From Actinomycetota bacterium (GTDB lineage: Bacteria; Actinomycetota; Acidimicrobiia; Acidimicrobiales; Acidimicrobilacustridaceae): DNA of 61,203 nucleotides. Below are positions 20,533-29,453 of this stretch, one piece after another. The DNA lies in NCBI GenBank assembly GCA_009705225.1, contig WLCQ01000001.1, forward strand, positions 1 to 61,203, in the 5' to 3' direction. The position numbers and the translations under genes were made by a program. Within the stretch, counting starts at the first letter, position 1. Each line of letters opens with the position of its first letter. The notes below the pieces were generated by a model that saw nothing but the letters and a program-made list of their open reading frames with translations, ran no database searches and was not told where the DNA came from.

Positions 20533-21021
20533 CTACTCGGCCTCGAGTCGCCTCACGAGGTTGACCATCTCGATAGCCGTACGCACGGATTCCTCGCCCT
20601 TGTTGTCCTCATCGGAGGACCGGGCCAACGCCTGCTCGAGATTCTCCGTGGTGAGCACCCCGAAGATCACTGGCGAACCGGTAGTGAGCTGCACGTCTTG
20701 GATGCCGCGGGCACATTCACCGGCAACGAAGTCATAGTGCGAGGTCTCGCCCCGGATGACGGCACCGAGACATACGACGGCGTCGGCATGCCCGTTCTCG
20801 AGCAGAGCAAGAGCAGCGAAAGGGATCTCGTAGGCGCCCGGAACCCAGACGACGATGACGTCAGCCTCGGCAACGCCGTGGACGGCGAGGGCATTCTCTG
20901 CGCCCTCCAGCAGACGGTTCGTGATGTGGTCGTTGAATCGACCGCACACGATGCCGATACGCATGCCGGTGCCGTCCACATCGCCAGAGACCGAATTGGC
21001 GGCTTTGAAATTGGATGACAT
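20533..21021 (-). CDS. ribH: 6,7-dimethyl-8-ribityllumazine synthase
   Basis: RFN, VPGAYEIP, GAVIRGETSHYDFV, FGVLTT. Confidence 0.97.
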   Translation of the reverse strand: MSSNFKAANSVSGDVDGTGMRIGIVCGRFNDHITNRLLEGAENALAVHGVAEADVIVVWVPGAYEIPFAALALLENGHADAVVCLGAVIRGETSHYDFVAGECARGIQDVQLTTGSPVIFGVLTTENLEQALARSSDEDNKGEESVRTAIEMVNLVRRLEAE

Positions 21022-22259
21022 CAGTCGAGACCTTCCAGCATGTGGCCCATCTTCTCCCGCTTGGTACGCAGATAGGCGATGTTCTCAGGATTGGGAATGG
21101 ATTCCAGCGGGACGCGCTCGACGATGTCGAGACCGAATCCTTCGAGTCCGCCGTACTTGGCAGGGTTGTTTGTCATGTAACGCATGGTGGTGATGCCCAG
21201 ATCGACGAGGATCTGCGCGCCGATGCCGTACTCGCGACTATCGATGGGGAGACCCAGCGCAACATTGGCTTCGACGGTGTCGTGACCCTGATCCTGCAAC
21301 GAATACGCGCGGATCTTGTGACCAATACCGATGCCACGACCCTCGTGACCACGCAGGTAGACAACGACACCGAGGTCCTCATCGGCAATGCGCTCCATGG
21401 CTTTGTCGAGCTGGATGCCACAGTCGCAGCGAAGTGAACCGAAGACGTCGCCGGTGAGGCATTCGGAATGCACGCGGACCAAGACATTCTTCTCGCCCTG
21501 CACCGCGCCCCGAACCATTGCAATGTGCTGTTCGCCATCGAGCAGCGACTCGTAGACGTAACAGGTGAAGTCGCCCCATTGGGTCGGGATTCGAGCTTCG
21601 GACACGCGCTTCACAAGCTTCTCGTGCTGACGGCGGTAACGGATCAACGACGCGATCGAGATGAGTAGGAGATCGTGCTTCTTGCAGAACTCCACGAGAT
21701 CGGGGACCCGTGCCATGGTGCCGTCGTCATTGACGATCTCGCACAGAACGCCCGAGGGCGCCATACCGGCCATGCGGGCGAGATCGACGGCAGCCTCGGT
21801 ATGGCCGGCCCGCTTGAGCACGCCTCCCTCGGCGTAGCGCAGCGGGAAGATATGGCCGGGTCGGGCCAGATCGCCGGGTCGGGTGGTCGGATCGATCAGC
21901 GCCAGGATCGTTGCGGCACGATCGGCGGCGGAAATGCCTGTGGAGGTGCCATGGCGATAGTCGACGCTGAAGGTGAACGCAGTGCGCTGGGCCTCGGTGT
22001 TATCACGCACCATCAGCGGAATCTCGAGTTCATCGAGTCGCTCACCAGTGAGCGGGGTGCAGATGACTCCAGAGGTGTGGCGCACGAAAAAGGCGATGGA
22101 CTCAGCAGTCGCCGACTCGGCCGCCATGATCAGGTCGCCCTCGTTCTCCCGGTCCTCGTCGTCGACCACCACGACGATCTCGCCACGGGCGATCGCCGCG
22201 ACGGCGTCGGGGATGCTGGCGAAATGCTCCGAGTATTCGGAACGTTCTGAGCTGGTCAT
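21021..22259 (-). CDS. ribBA: Bifunctional DHBP synthase / GTP cyclohydrolase II
   Basis: DDEDRENEGD, RPGHIFPL, RVHSECLTGD, CDCG, EGRGIG, TNNP. Confidence 0.98.
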   Translation of the reverse strand: MTSSERSEYSEHFASIPDAVAAIARGEIVVVVDDEDRENEGDLIMAAESATAESIAFFVRHTSGVICTPLTGERLDELEIPLMVRDNTEAQRTAFTFSVDYRHGTSTGISAADRAATILALIDPTTRPGDLARPGHIFPLRYAEGGVLKRAGHTEAAVDLARMAGMAPSGVLCEIVNDDGTMARVPDLVEFCKKHDLLLISIASLIRYRRQHEKLVKRVSEARIPTQWGDFTCYVYESLLDGEQHIAMVRGAVQGEKNVLVRVHSECLTGDVFGSLRCDCGIQLDKAMERIADEDLGVVVYLRGHEGRGIGIGHKIRAYSLQDQGHDTVEANVALGLPIDSREYGIGAQILVDLGITTMRYMTNNPAKYGGLEGFGLDIVERVPLESIPNPENIAYLRTKREKMGHMLEGLD

Positions 22260-22882
22260 TGGGCCTCCTGGGGCCGTGGGGGGACGGACTGGGCGAGAGT
22301 GACGAGAGCGGCAAGCTGCCCTTCGAGAAGCTTCTCGGTGTACTTGGCCATCACATCGACCTCGAGGTTCACCCGGGAACCGGGGCCCTTCACTCCGAGA
22401 GTCGTGACCGCCGAGGTATGGGGAATCACTGCCACCGTGAACGAGTCGGAGTCGGGAATCACCACAGTGAGAGACACTCCATCGACGGTGATCGAACCCT
22501 TCTCGACGACATAGCGCATGAGCGGCTGGGGCACACGGATACGAAGATCGGGTACGCCATCGAGGATCTCGCCGACGGCGTCGACGTGTCCCTGCACGAG
22601 ATGACCGCCGAGTCGGTCCTCGAGCCGCACGGGACGCTCAAGATTGACGGGATCACCAGGCTCAAGATCGCCGAGCACGGTGCGGGCGAAGGTCTCGTCG
22701 CTGACATCGGCATCCCACCATCCGGCGGCGGTGTCGAAGGCAACGATTGTGAGACAACACCCGTTGACAGCGGTGGAGTCACCGATGCGAGCGCCTTCGA
22801 GCACAGCAGTGGCACCGATGCGCAGGCGCGAACCTTCTCGGGAGATCACTGTTCCGAGTTCTTCAACTATTCCGGTGAACAT
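22256..22882 (-). CDS. ribE: Riboflavin synthase (alpha)
   Basis: MFTGIVE, NGCCLT, GGHLVQGHVD, KGSITVDGVSLT. Confidence 0.97.
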   Translation of the reverse strand: MFTGIVEELGTVISREGSRLRIGATAVLEGARIGDSTAVNGCCLTIVAFDTAAGWWDADVSDETFARTVLGDLEPGDPVNLERPVRLEDRLGGHLVQGHVDAVGEILDGVPDLRIRVPQPLMRYVVEKGSITVDGVSLTVVIPDSDSFTVAVIPHTSAVTTLGVKGPGSRVNLEVDVMAKYTEKLLEGQLAALVTLAQSVPPRPQEAQ

Positions 22883-22883
22883 G

Positions 22884-23897
22884 TCACATACCTTCCAGAT
22901 CCAGCCTCAGATCGTCGCCCAACCGGCGCATCTCCACAATTCGACCGTGACGCAGCTCTGAGATTGAGGCAATTCCGGGGCCGGAGAACAGCGGCGTGCC
23001 ATCCTCGCCGCCGAACAGCGTTGGTGCCAGATAGACGACGTAACGATTAACCAGACCGGCCCGGTGGAAGGCACCAGCAACCGAGGAACCGCCCTCAACC
23101 ATGAGCTGCAGAACCCCGAGCGAACCAAGCTCGTCGAGGATCGGGCCGAGTTCGCCGCTGCGCTCGAGACATGGGTGGATGGCCGCTCCGGGAGGCGCCA
23201 TGCCGAGAACCACCCGCAGCGGCTCGGTGTCGTCCGGGTTCCGTTCATCTTCGGGCAGACGAACGGTGAGCGCCGGATCATCGACCCGGACCGTGCCGGC
23301 TCCAACGAGGATGGCGTCACTATCAGCCCGCAGTCGATGCGCATCGAGTCGGGCTTGCTCGCCGGTGATCCACTTGGAGGTGCCATCGGGTGCGGCGGTG
23401 CGCCCATCGAGGCTGGCGGCAAGCTTGAGCACCACCCATGGTCGGCCCGTTCTGCGATGGTGGAGGTAGGGGGCCAATTGCGCCTCGACCTGGTCGGCAC
23501 AGACTCCTACTTCGACCTCGATACCAGCTGCTCGTAGACGGGCGATCCCCTCCCCTGCCACCCGGGTGTCCGGGTCGGTGAGGCCGATCACGACTCTGGC
23601 GATACCGGCAGCGATGACGGCGTCGGCGCAGGGCCCGGTGGTGCCGTGATGGGCGCAGGGCTCGAGGGTCACATAGAGCGTGCTCCCTGCGGCAGCCGCG
23701 CCGGCAGACGCAATGGCCACAACCTCAGCATGGGCACCGATACGACCGTCAGTGGCACCCGGGAACCCAGCATGCTCGGGCTCGCCGGAGGGAACGATGA
23801 TGGCTCCCACCCATGGGCGGGGAGCCACTCGCCGACGCGAAGAGCGAGCAGCGTCAATGGCCTGACCCATTCGGGCCTCATCGGTAGTCGAGGTCAC
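22884..23897 (-). CDS. ribD: Riboflavin deaminase/reductase
   Basis: HAE, TLEPCAHHGTTGPC, KLAASLDG, SKWIT, VEGG. Start GTG 23897 (7 nt after TACCGT) or 23906. Confidence 0.95.
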   Translation of the reverse strand: MTSTTDEARMGQAIDAARSSRRRVAPRPWVGAIIVPSGEPEHAGFPGATDGRIGAHAEVVAIASAGAAAAGSTLYVTLEPCAHHGTTGPCADAVIAAGIARVVIGLTDPDTRVAGEGIARLRAAGIEVEVGVCADQVEAQLAPYLHHRRTGRPWVVLKLAASLDGRTAAPDGTSKWITGEQARLDAHRLRADSDAILVGAGTVRVDDPALTVRLPEDERNPDDTEPLRVVLGMAPPGAAIHPCLERSGELGPILDELGSLGVLQLMVEGGSSVAGAFHRAGLVNRYVVYLAPTLFGGEDGTPLFSGPGIASISELRHGRIVEMRRLGDDLRLDLEGM

Positions 23898-24005
23898 TGC
23901 GGTCACGGTACCAGTTCGTCTCCGGACACCTCCTGCCCGGACGAGGAGGTGGGAAGCCAATTACTGCCATACTTCCGCGGCGTAGTCGACCACAGGCAAA
24001 GGCCC

Positions 24006-24962
24006 ATGAACAAAGACGATGCAGGCGCTGATGCACCACCGGCGAGAGACGTTCATTGCCTCGAAGCATCGGTGATCATTCCTGCGTACCAGGTGGAGCA
24101 TCTGATCAGCGAGTGTCTTGATGCAATCGGTCCACAACTCGTCGCTGGCCGACATGAACTGATCGTCGTCGACGATGCATCCACCGACGGCACGGCCGCC
24201 GAGGTTCGTAGATGGTCGGCAGCACATCCGGGCGTTCCGCTTTCCTTGCTCGTCGCACCGAAGCGCTGCGGCGCGAATGCCTCCCGCAACGCAGGGGCTC
24301 TCCACGCCTCGGGCCGGTTGCTGGCATTCACCGATGGAGATGACCTTGTCCGCGAGGGTTGGGTCGACTCGATGGTGCAGGCCTCAGCCCACTCGGCATT
24401 CCTCGCCGGAGCCGTGCACGATCTTCACACCAACGCGCCGATCACGTACGAGTTCCGGTTCACCTCGATCAAGTACGCCCACGGTAATTCCATGGCAGTA
24501 GCGAGAAAATTGCTGGTAGAGCTCGAGGGATTCGACCCGCGAATCTTTCGAGGTGGAACAGAGGTCGAGTTCGCCGCTCGCATGAAGCAGCAGTTCGCAA
24601 TTACGCCTACGGAGGTGCCAGGAGCGATCACGCTCTATCGACAACCCACAACCTCAACTGGGACCCTGTTGCGGATCTACCGACGACAATACGGACACGT
24701 ACTGATCGGCCGACTCCACCCTGACCTCGTACCCGCCGACAGTTCCTATCGGTCAATCCGAACCGCACTGCGCCTCATCACCACGGAGGTCTGCCAACTC
24801 CTTCGCCGCCGGGCGCCATCTCGAGACCTCTGCCTTCAGAACATCGTGCGCGCTGCATCCCGCATCGTGGCGATACTCAGACTTCGCTTGATCACTCCGG
24901 GAGATCGCCGAACCTTTTCGGAATCCCTTGACGGCTATCGGGTCGAGATCGACAACCGTTGA
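24006..24962 (+). CDS. Family 2 glycosyltransferase
   Basis: SVIIPAY, LIVVDDASTDGT, SRNAG, AFTDGDD (DxD), GFD...GGTEVEF. Start at ATG 24006 to avoid overlap with ribD. Confidence 0.88.
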   Translation: MNKDDAGADAPPARDVHCLEASVIIPAYQVEHLISECLDAIGPQLVAGRHELIVVDDASTDGTAAEVRRWSAAHPGVPLSLLVAPKRCGANASRNAGALHASGRLLAFTDGDDLVREGWVDSMVQASAHSAFLAGAVHDLHTNAPITYEFRFTSIKYAHGNSMAVARKLLVELEGFDPRIFRGGTEVEFAARMKQQFAITPTEVPGAITLYRQPTTSTGTLLRIYRRQYGHVLIGRLHPDLVPADSSYRSIRTALRLITTEVCQLLRRRAPSRDLCLQNIVRAASRIVAILRLRLITPGDRRTFSESLDGYRVEIDNR

Positions 24963-24979
24963 GAGGAACGACCCATTGG

Positions 24980-25471
24980 TCAGTCGCCACCAAGGAGCCG
25001 CACCGCATGGGGGATGACGTCGAGCACTGCTTCGAGTGACTCCAGCGCCCCTCCGGGTGAGCCGGGGGTGTTGATGATCAATGCAGTTCCCCGAGTGCCG
25101 GCGAGCCCACGGGAGAGTCGACCGAGCGGGTTCACTGCTCGCATGGCCTCGGCGAGTCCCGGGGCTTCACGATCGAGCACGACCTTGGTGCCCTCCGGGG
25201 TGAGATCACGGGGTCCGAACCCGGTTCCGCCGGTTGAAATGATGAGGCCGTGGAAATCTGACGCAAGCTCGACGATCGCCTCACCCACCGACTGACGACC
25301 ATCGGCAACGACCCGATGCTCGACCACCTCGAATCCGGCTTCGCGCAGACGCTCGACCAGCACCACCCCGGACCGGTCGTCACGCGTGCCGGCAACGACC
25401 CCATCGGACACAGTGAGCACTTTGGCCGCAAGACCGGCGCTCGGCGTTGTGGTGGCGGCGTGCTCGGTCAT
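24980..25471 (-). CDS. MogA/MoaB-family molybdenum cofactor protein
   Basis: LTVSD, DRSG, STGGTGFGPRDLTPE, LSR, NTPGSP. Confidence 0.93.
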   Translation of the reverse strand: MTEHAATTTPSAGLAAKVLTVSDGVVAGTRDDRSGVVLVERLREAGFEVVEHRVVADGRQSVGEAIVELASDFHGLIISTGGTGFGPRDLTPEGTKVVLDREAPGLAEAMRAVNPLGRLSRGLAGTRGTALIINTPGSPGGALESLEAVLDVIPHAVRLLGGD

Positions 25472-26757
25472 TGCGAGGACTCTCCCCCATCGGCGGACTG
25501 CGGCACCTTGAGACGCAGTAGGTACATGCCATCAGTGTCGGCGCTCTGGGGCAACAGGATCGCCCCGCGACCGAGGGGCGTCCAGACTCCACCCGGGGCA
25601 TCCAGTGCCACGAGATGGGGATACTCGGCGAGCGACCACTCGTCGATCTCGACGGACTCGGCCCGCGACAGCGTGCACACACTGAAGATCAGTTCACCGC
25701 CGGGACGGACGAGTCTGATCGCCGAAGCGAGCAGACTTCGTTGGAGCTCGGCCAGCATGTCGATGTCGCCGGGATTGATGCGCCAGCGGGCGTCGGCTCG
25801 CCGACGCAGGGCTCCGAGCCCGGAACATGGAGCATCGAGCAGAACCTTGTCGAAGACTGCTTCCCGGAGGGGCGGTGCGGTGCCATCGGCGGCAAGCACC
25901 ATGAAGGAGTCCGCAGCCAGCGAGAGCCGACGGGCGTTGTCGGCGATGAGGCCAACCCTGCTGGGACGCACATCGGCGGCCACCACCCGAGCTCCAGCAG
26001 CGGCGAGCGCCGTTGCCTTTCCGCCGGGTGCGGCGCACATATCGAGCACGAAATCACCGATGGTGACCTCGGCGGCGTCGACCACCCACTGCGAGGCGAG
26101 GTCCTGCACATAGCCGTCGTCACGGACCGTGGAGGTCGCCGAGCGGTTCATGGCCTCGAGGGCACCGATCGCTGCGTCGGAACCGAGATCGGCCGAGAGC
26201 AACTCCAGGATCCAGTCTGGCTGACTGAGTCGAACCTGCTCGCTCGGCCATTTCGCAGGCAACGAAGTGGCGACCTTGCGCAGCACCGCGTTGCAGAGTC
26301 CACTGATCCGGCGCGGTGCCGCTTCGACAGTGGCTCCGACTGCGGCGTGGGGCGGTGTGTCGAGGAACGCCAATTGGAACGCACCGATTCGCAACCAAGC
26401 ACGGGTGTTGGTGTCGATCCGCTCGGGATCGGGCAGGAAGCGATCGACCAGCCAGTCGCAGGCCCGCCGCATTCGTGTGGTGCCGTAGACCAACTCGGTC
26501 GCAAAGGCGCGGTCACGCTGATCGAGCGAACTACGCGAAAGCATCGGTGGAAGCGTGAGATTGGCGTAGGCGCCTTCCGAATCGATACGCACGAGGGCAT
26601 CGACGGCGAGGCGACGAGCCGCTACGCCGGCGGGAATGACGATCTTCGCGGGGCCCGGGTTCTTCTTTCCCGAAGAGCGCTTCGGCCCCGAAGCACCCTG
26701 TGACCGCCCACGCCCCTTTGCTGAGGAGTTCCGCGATGAATCCGGTCGATCACTCAT
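25468..26757 (-). CDS. rsmB: RsmB/Sun 16S rRNA m5C methyltransferase (NusB-like N-domain; middle domain shortened)
   Basis: DRAFATELVYGTTR, VQD, DMCAAPGGKA, DAPCSGLG, SVCT. Start ATG 26757 overlaps the fmt stop. Confidence 0.9.
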   Translation of the reverse strand: MSDRPDSSRNSSAKGRGRSQGASGPKRSSGKKNPGPAKIVIPAGVAARRLAVDALVRIDSEGAYANLTLPPMLSRSSLDQRDRAFATELVYGTTRMRRACDWLVDRFLPDPERIDTNTRAWLRIGAFQLAFLDTPPHAAVGATVEAAPRRISGLCNAVLRKVATSLPAKWPSEQVRLSQPDWILELLSADLGSDAAIGALEAMNRSATSTVRDDGYVQDLASQWVVDAAEVTIGDFVLDMCAAPGGKATALAAAGARVVAADVRPSRVGLIADNARRLSLAADSFMVLAADGTAPPLREAVFDKVLLDAPCSGLGALRRRADARWRINPGDIDMLAELQRSLLASAIRLVRPGGELIFSVCTLSRAESVEIDEWSLAEYPHLVALDAPGGVWTPLGRGAILLPQSADTDGMYLLRLKVPQSADGGESSQ

Positions 26758-27650
26758 GATCCGACTCGTTCCCCCATGTGAGGTTGTGCCCCATTGCGCC
26801 AAGCGTCGGCGGCAATTCTCGCCCGACCCTCCGGCTGCACCTCGACCAGTTCGACTGCGCCAGCGGAGGTACCGATGACCACGCCGTCAAGAACACCCGG
26901 GGCGAGATCATGGCGATCGACGAGATTCACCGCCCAGATCTTGAGCCGCTTCTCGCGAAATATCGTCCAGGCACCGCCGAGGCGCACGACACGCGACAAC
27001 TGCACAGCGGGTTCATCCCAGTCGAGCTCGAGTTCGGCGGGAGCGATCTTGGCGGCATGCACCGGTTCGCCAATCTGGGGCCGCGGTTCCGGCAACCCTT
27101 GGCTCAGACAGCGAACCACCATTGCGCTGCCGGCCTCAACGAGTCTCATCCGGAGTGAGTCGAGCGTGTCATCCGGAGTGATCTCCATGCTGACCACGTC
27201 GTAGATGTCACCGGTGTCGAGACCCTCTGCCACCTGCATCAGGCACACTCCGGTAGTGCGGTCGCCAGCGAGTATGGCGCGTTCAACTGGAGCGGCTCCT
27301 CGCCACCGGGGAAGCAACGAGAAGTGCAGATTCACCATGGGAATACGTTGAAGGAACGCGACCGGGATGATTCGACCGTATGCAACCACCACGGCGATAT
27401 CCACGGAGACATTGTCAAGAGCCGCGAGATCATCGGAGACTTCGAGACCAAGGTCGAGCGCAGTTTGCTTGACCGGGCTGGGTGACAGTGCTCCCCCACG
27501 ACCCCGACGGCGATCGGGACGCGTGATCACGATCGGAATTTCGAATCCGGCGGCGTGGATCGCACGCAGCGTCGGCACAGCGACATCGGGTGTGCCCAGA
27601 AAGGCAACTCGGGTGATGGATTCCGCGGGACGAGCGAGTGGCTGGGTCAC
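26754..27650 (-). CDS. fmt: Methionyl-tRNA formyltransferase
   Basis: FLGTP, VVAYG, NLHFSLLPRWRGAAP, GLDTG. Confidence 0.97.
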   Translation of the reverse strand: MTQPLARPAESITRVAFLGTPDVAVPTLRAIHAAGFEIPIVITRPDRRRGRGGALSPSPVKQTALDLGLEVSDDLAALDNVSVDIAVVVAYGRIIPVAFLQRIPMVNLHFSLLPRWRGAAPVERAILAGDRTTGVCLMQVAEGLDTGDIYDVVSMEITPDDTLDSLRMRLVEAGSAMVVRCLSQGLPEPRPQIGEPVHAAKIAPAELELDWDEPAVQLSRVVRLGGAWTIFREKRLKIWAVNLVDRHDLAPGVLDGVVIGTSAGAVELVEVQPEGRARIAADAWRNGAQPHMGERVGS

Positions 27651-27654
27651 CGGG

Positions 27655-28194
27655 TCAGATGAGCCGGAGTCGGCCGGGAGCGATATCGGGCTCGGGTGCG
27701 GTGAGATGTCGCATCCGGAGATCGCTCAGGGCGCGCCGCGCCTCACGACGCTGCTCGTCGGTGAGATGCTCGACGAGGAGAACGCCGTCGAGATGGTCGA
27801 TCTCGTGCTGAAACACTCGACATGCAAAATCGTCGAGTTCGAGATTGAGTTCATTGCCATTGAGGTCATAGCCGTGCACATGGATCTCCGCGGGCCTGAG
27901 GATCTCCCAGTGGAGCCCCGGAACCGACAGACACCCTTCAACGAATTCCGCCTCGCCCCTGCTCTCAACGATGGTGGGGTTGATGATCACACCCGGATCG
28001 TCGTCGTGGTCGAACACGAAGAAGCGCTTCTGCACACCGATCTGCGGGGCTGCCAGTCCCACGCCCGGGGCGTCGTACATCGTGACGAACATGTCGTCGA
28101 CGAGCTTGACGAACGAACCATCGACACGGTCGACGTCGGCAGCGCGCTGCTTGAGCACGGGATCACCAATGATGCGGATGACATGAGGGGCCAC
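27655..28194 (-). CDS. def: Peptide deformylase
   Basis: GVGLAAPQ, EGCLS, HEIDHLDG. Confidence 0.98.
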   Translation of the reverse strand: MAPHVIRIIGDPVLKQRAADVDRVDGSFVKLVDDMFVTMYDAPGVGLAAPQIGVQKRFFVFDHDDDPGVIINPTIVESRGEAEFVEGCLSVPGLHWEILRPAEIHVHGYDLNGNELNLELDDFACRVFQHEIDHLDGVLLVEHLTDEQRREARRALSDLRMRHLTAPEPDIAPGRLRLI

Positions 28195-28216
28195 ACCTCA
28201 AGGGTAGCGTCGGGCG
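28195..28216. promoter_or_regulatory. Bidirectional promoter with overlapping -10 hexamers
   Basis: TACCCT on minus (28206-28201) and TAGCGT on plus (28205-28210), each exactly 6 nt from a start codon. Confidence 0.7.
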
Positions 28217-28864
28217 ATGGCCGGTCGATCCTCCCACTACTTCTCCCGGCAACCCGAGGTGGCGTCGAAGCGGCGCAGCATCGAGCTTTCGCTACCCGAT
28301 TGCGAGCTTCGCCTCACCACCGACAGCGGGGTGTTCTCCGCTGAACGGGTCGATGCCGGCACCCGCCTCCTGCTCCAGGAGGCCCCTTCGCCCACCGCAG
28401 CGATGGGAGATATCTGTGACGTTGGGTGTGGTTACGGCCCCATTGCCCTCACGCTCGCGACCAGATCCCCGCACTCCCGGGTGTGGGCGATCGATGTGAA
28501 TGAACGTGCCGTTGCCCTGTGCGCCGAGAATGCCGACACGAACGGGAACGACAACATCCGCCCCGTTGTGATCGACACTGATGGAACCGCGCTGGTCGGC
28601 GATCCGGCACATGTTTCCGCCCTCGCCGAGGTCCGTTTCGATGGCATCTGGTCGAATCCGCCGATCCGTATCGGCAAACCGGCTTTGCACGCGCTTCTCA
28701 CCACTTGGCTCGATCGGCTCACTCCCGAGGGTCGGGCATGGCTCGTGGTGCAACGCCACCTCGGAGCTGATTCACTGGCCGAGTGGATGCAGTCGCAGGG
28801 CTGGGCCACCACCCGACTCGTGTCACGAGCCGGCTACCGACTCCTCGAGGTGTCAGCACGATGA
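28217..28864 (+). CDS. Class I SAM methyltransferase, MTS/RsmC-like small domain
   Basis: HYF, GVFS...VDAGT, DVGCGYGPI, DVNERA, SNPPIR. Confidence 0.92.
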   Translation: MAGRSSHYFSRQPEVASKRRSIELSLPDCELRLTTDSGVFSAERVDAGTRLLLQEAPSPTAAMGDICDVGCGYGPIALTLATRSPHSRVWAIDVNERAVALCAENADTNGNDNIRPVVIDTDGTALVGDPAHVSALAEVRFDGIWSNPPIRIGKPALHALLTTWLDRLTPEGRAWLVVQRHLGADSLAEWMQSQGWATTRLVSRAGYRLLEVSAR

Positions 28865-29427
28865 CCAGATCACTTGGTGGCACCGAACTCAAACGCCTCC
28901 ACCGCGAATGGCGACGCAAGAACGAGAACCGCTTGGGTCTCTTTCTTGATGGAGTGCAGAACCCGTTCAATGTCGGCGCCATCATGCGCACCGCTGCGGC
29001 CTATTCGGTCGAGCACATCTGGATGGTGGGAGCACCCTCACCGAACGACACGAAGGTGAACAAGACCGCTCTCGGGTCGCAGAAGTTCCTCACCTGGACA
29101 GCGTGTGAGACCTCCGCCGAGGCGATCGCCTCGATCCGAGCCCGCGGGTACCGGATCATCGGCGTGGAGCTCGCCGAGGAAGCGGTGCCGCTCCACATGC
29201 TCGATCTGAGCGGCGATGTCTGCCTTGCGATCGGCCATGAGGATCGCGGGCTCTCGAAGGATCTCCTGGCCGACAATGACGGCCTGGGGTACATCCCCCA
29301 GCTCGGCCGGATCGGATCGCTCAACGTGGGAACCGCCGCGGCGATCGCCTGCTACGAAGCCCGACGTACTGGTTGGACAGCGGGATCATCCGCTGGCGGC
29401 GCGGCGCAGCCCCAGTCCCAGTCCTGA
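28861..29427 (+). CDS. TrmH/SpoU-family RNA methyltransferase (single domain)
   Basis: NPFNVGAIMRTA, GHEDRGL, IPQLGRIGSLNV. Start ATG 28861 overlaps the upstream stop (ATGA). Confidence 0.92.
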   Translation: MTRSLGGTELKRLHREWRRKNENRLGLFLDGVQNPFNVGAIMRTAAAYSVEHIWMVGAPSPNDTKVNKTALGSQKFLTWTACETSAEAIASIRARGYRIIGVELAEEAVPLHMLDLSGDVCLAIGHEDRGLSKDLLADNDGLGYIPQLGRIGSLNVGTAAAIACYEARRTGWTAGSSAGGAAQPQSQS

Positions 29428-29453
29428 TCCACGCCTTCCTGCACCTCCCCGGC

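Noticed and set aside
23898-24005. FMN riboswitch before the rib operon
   Set aside because: The gap is about 108 nt and lacks RFN motifs (AGGGC.GGGTGAAATTCCC..CCGGCGGT).
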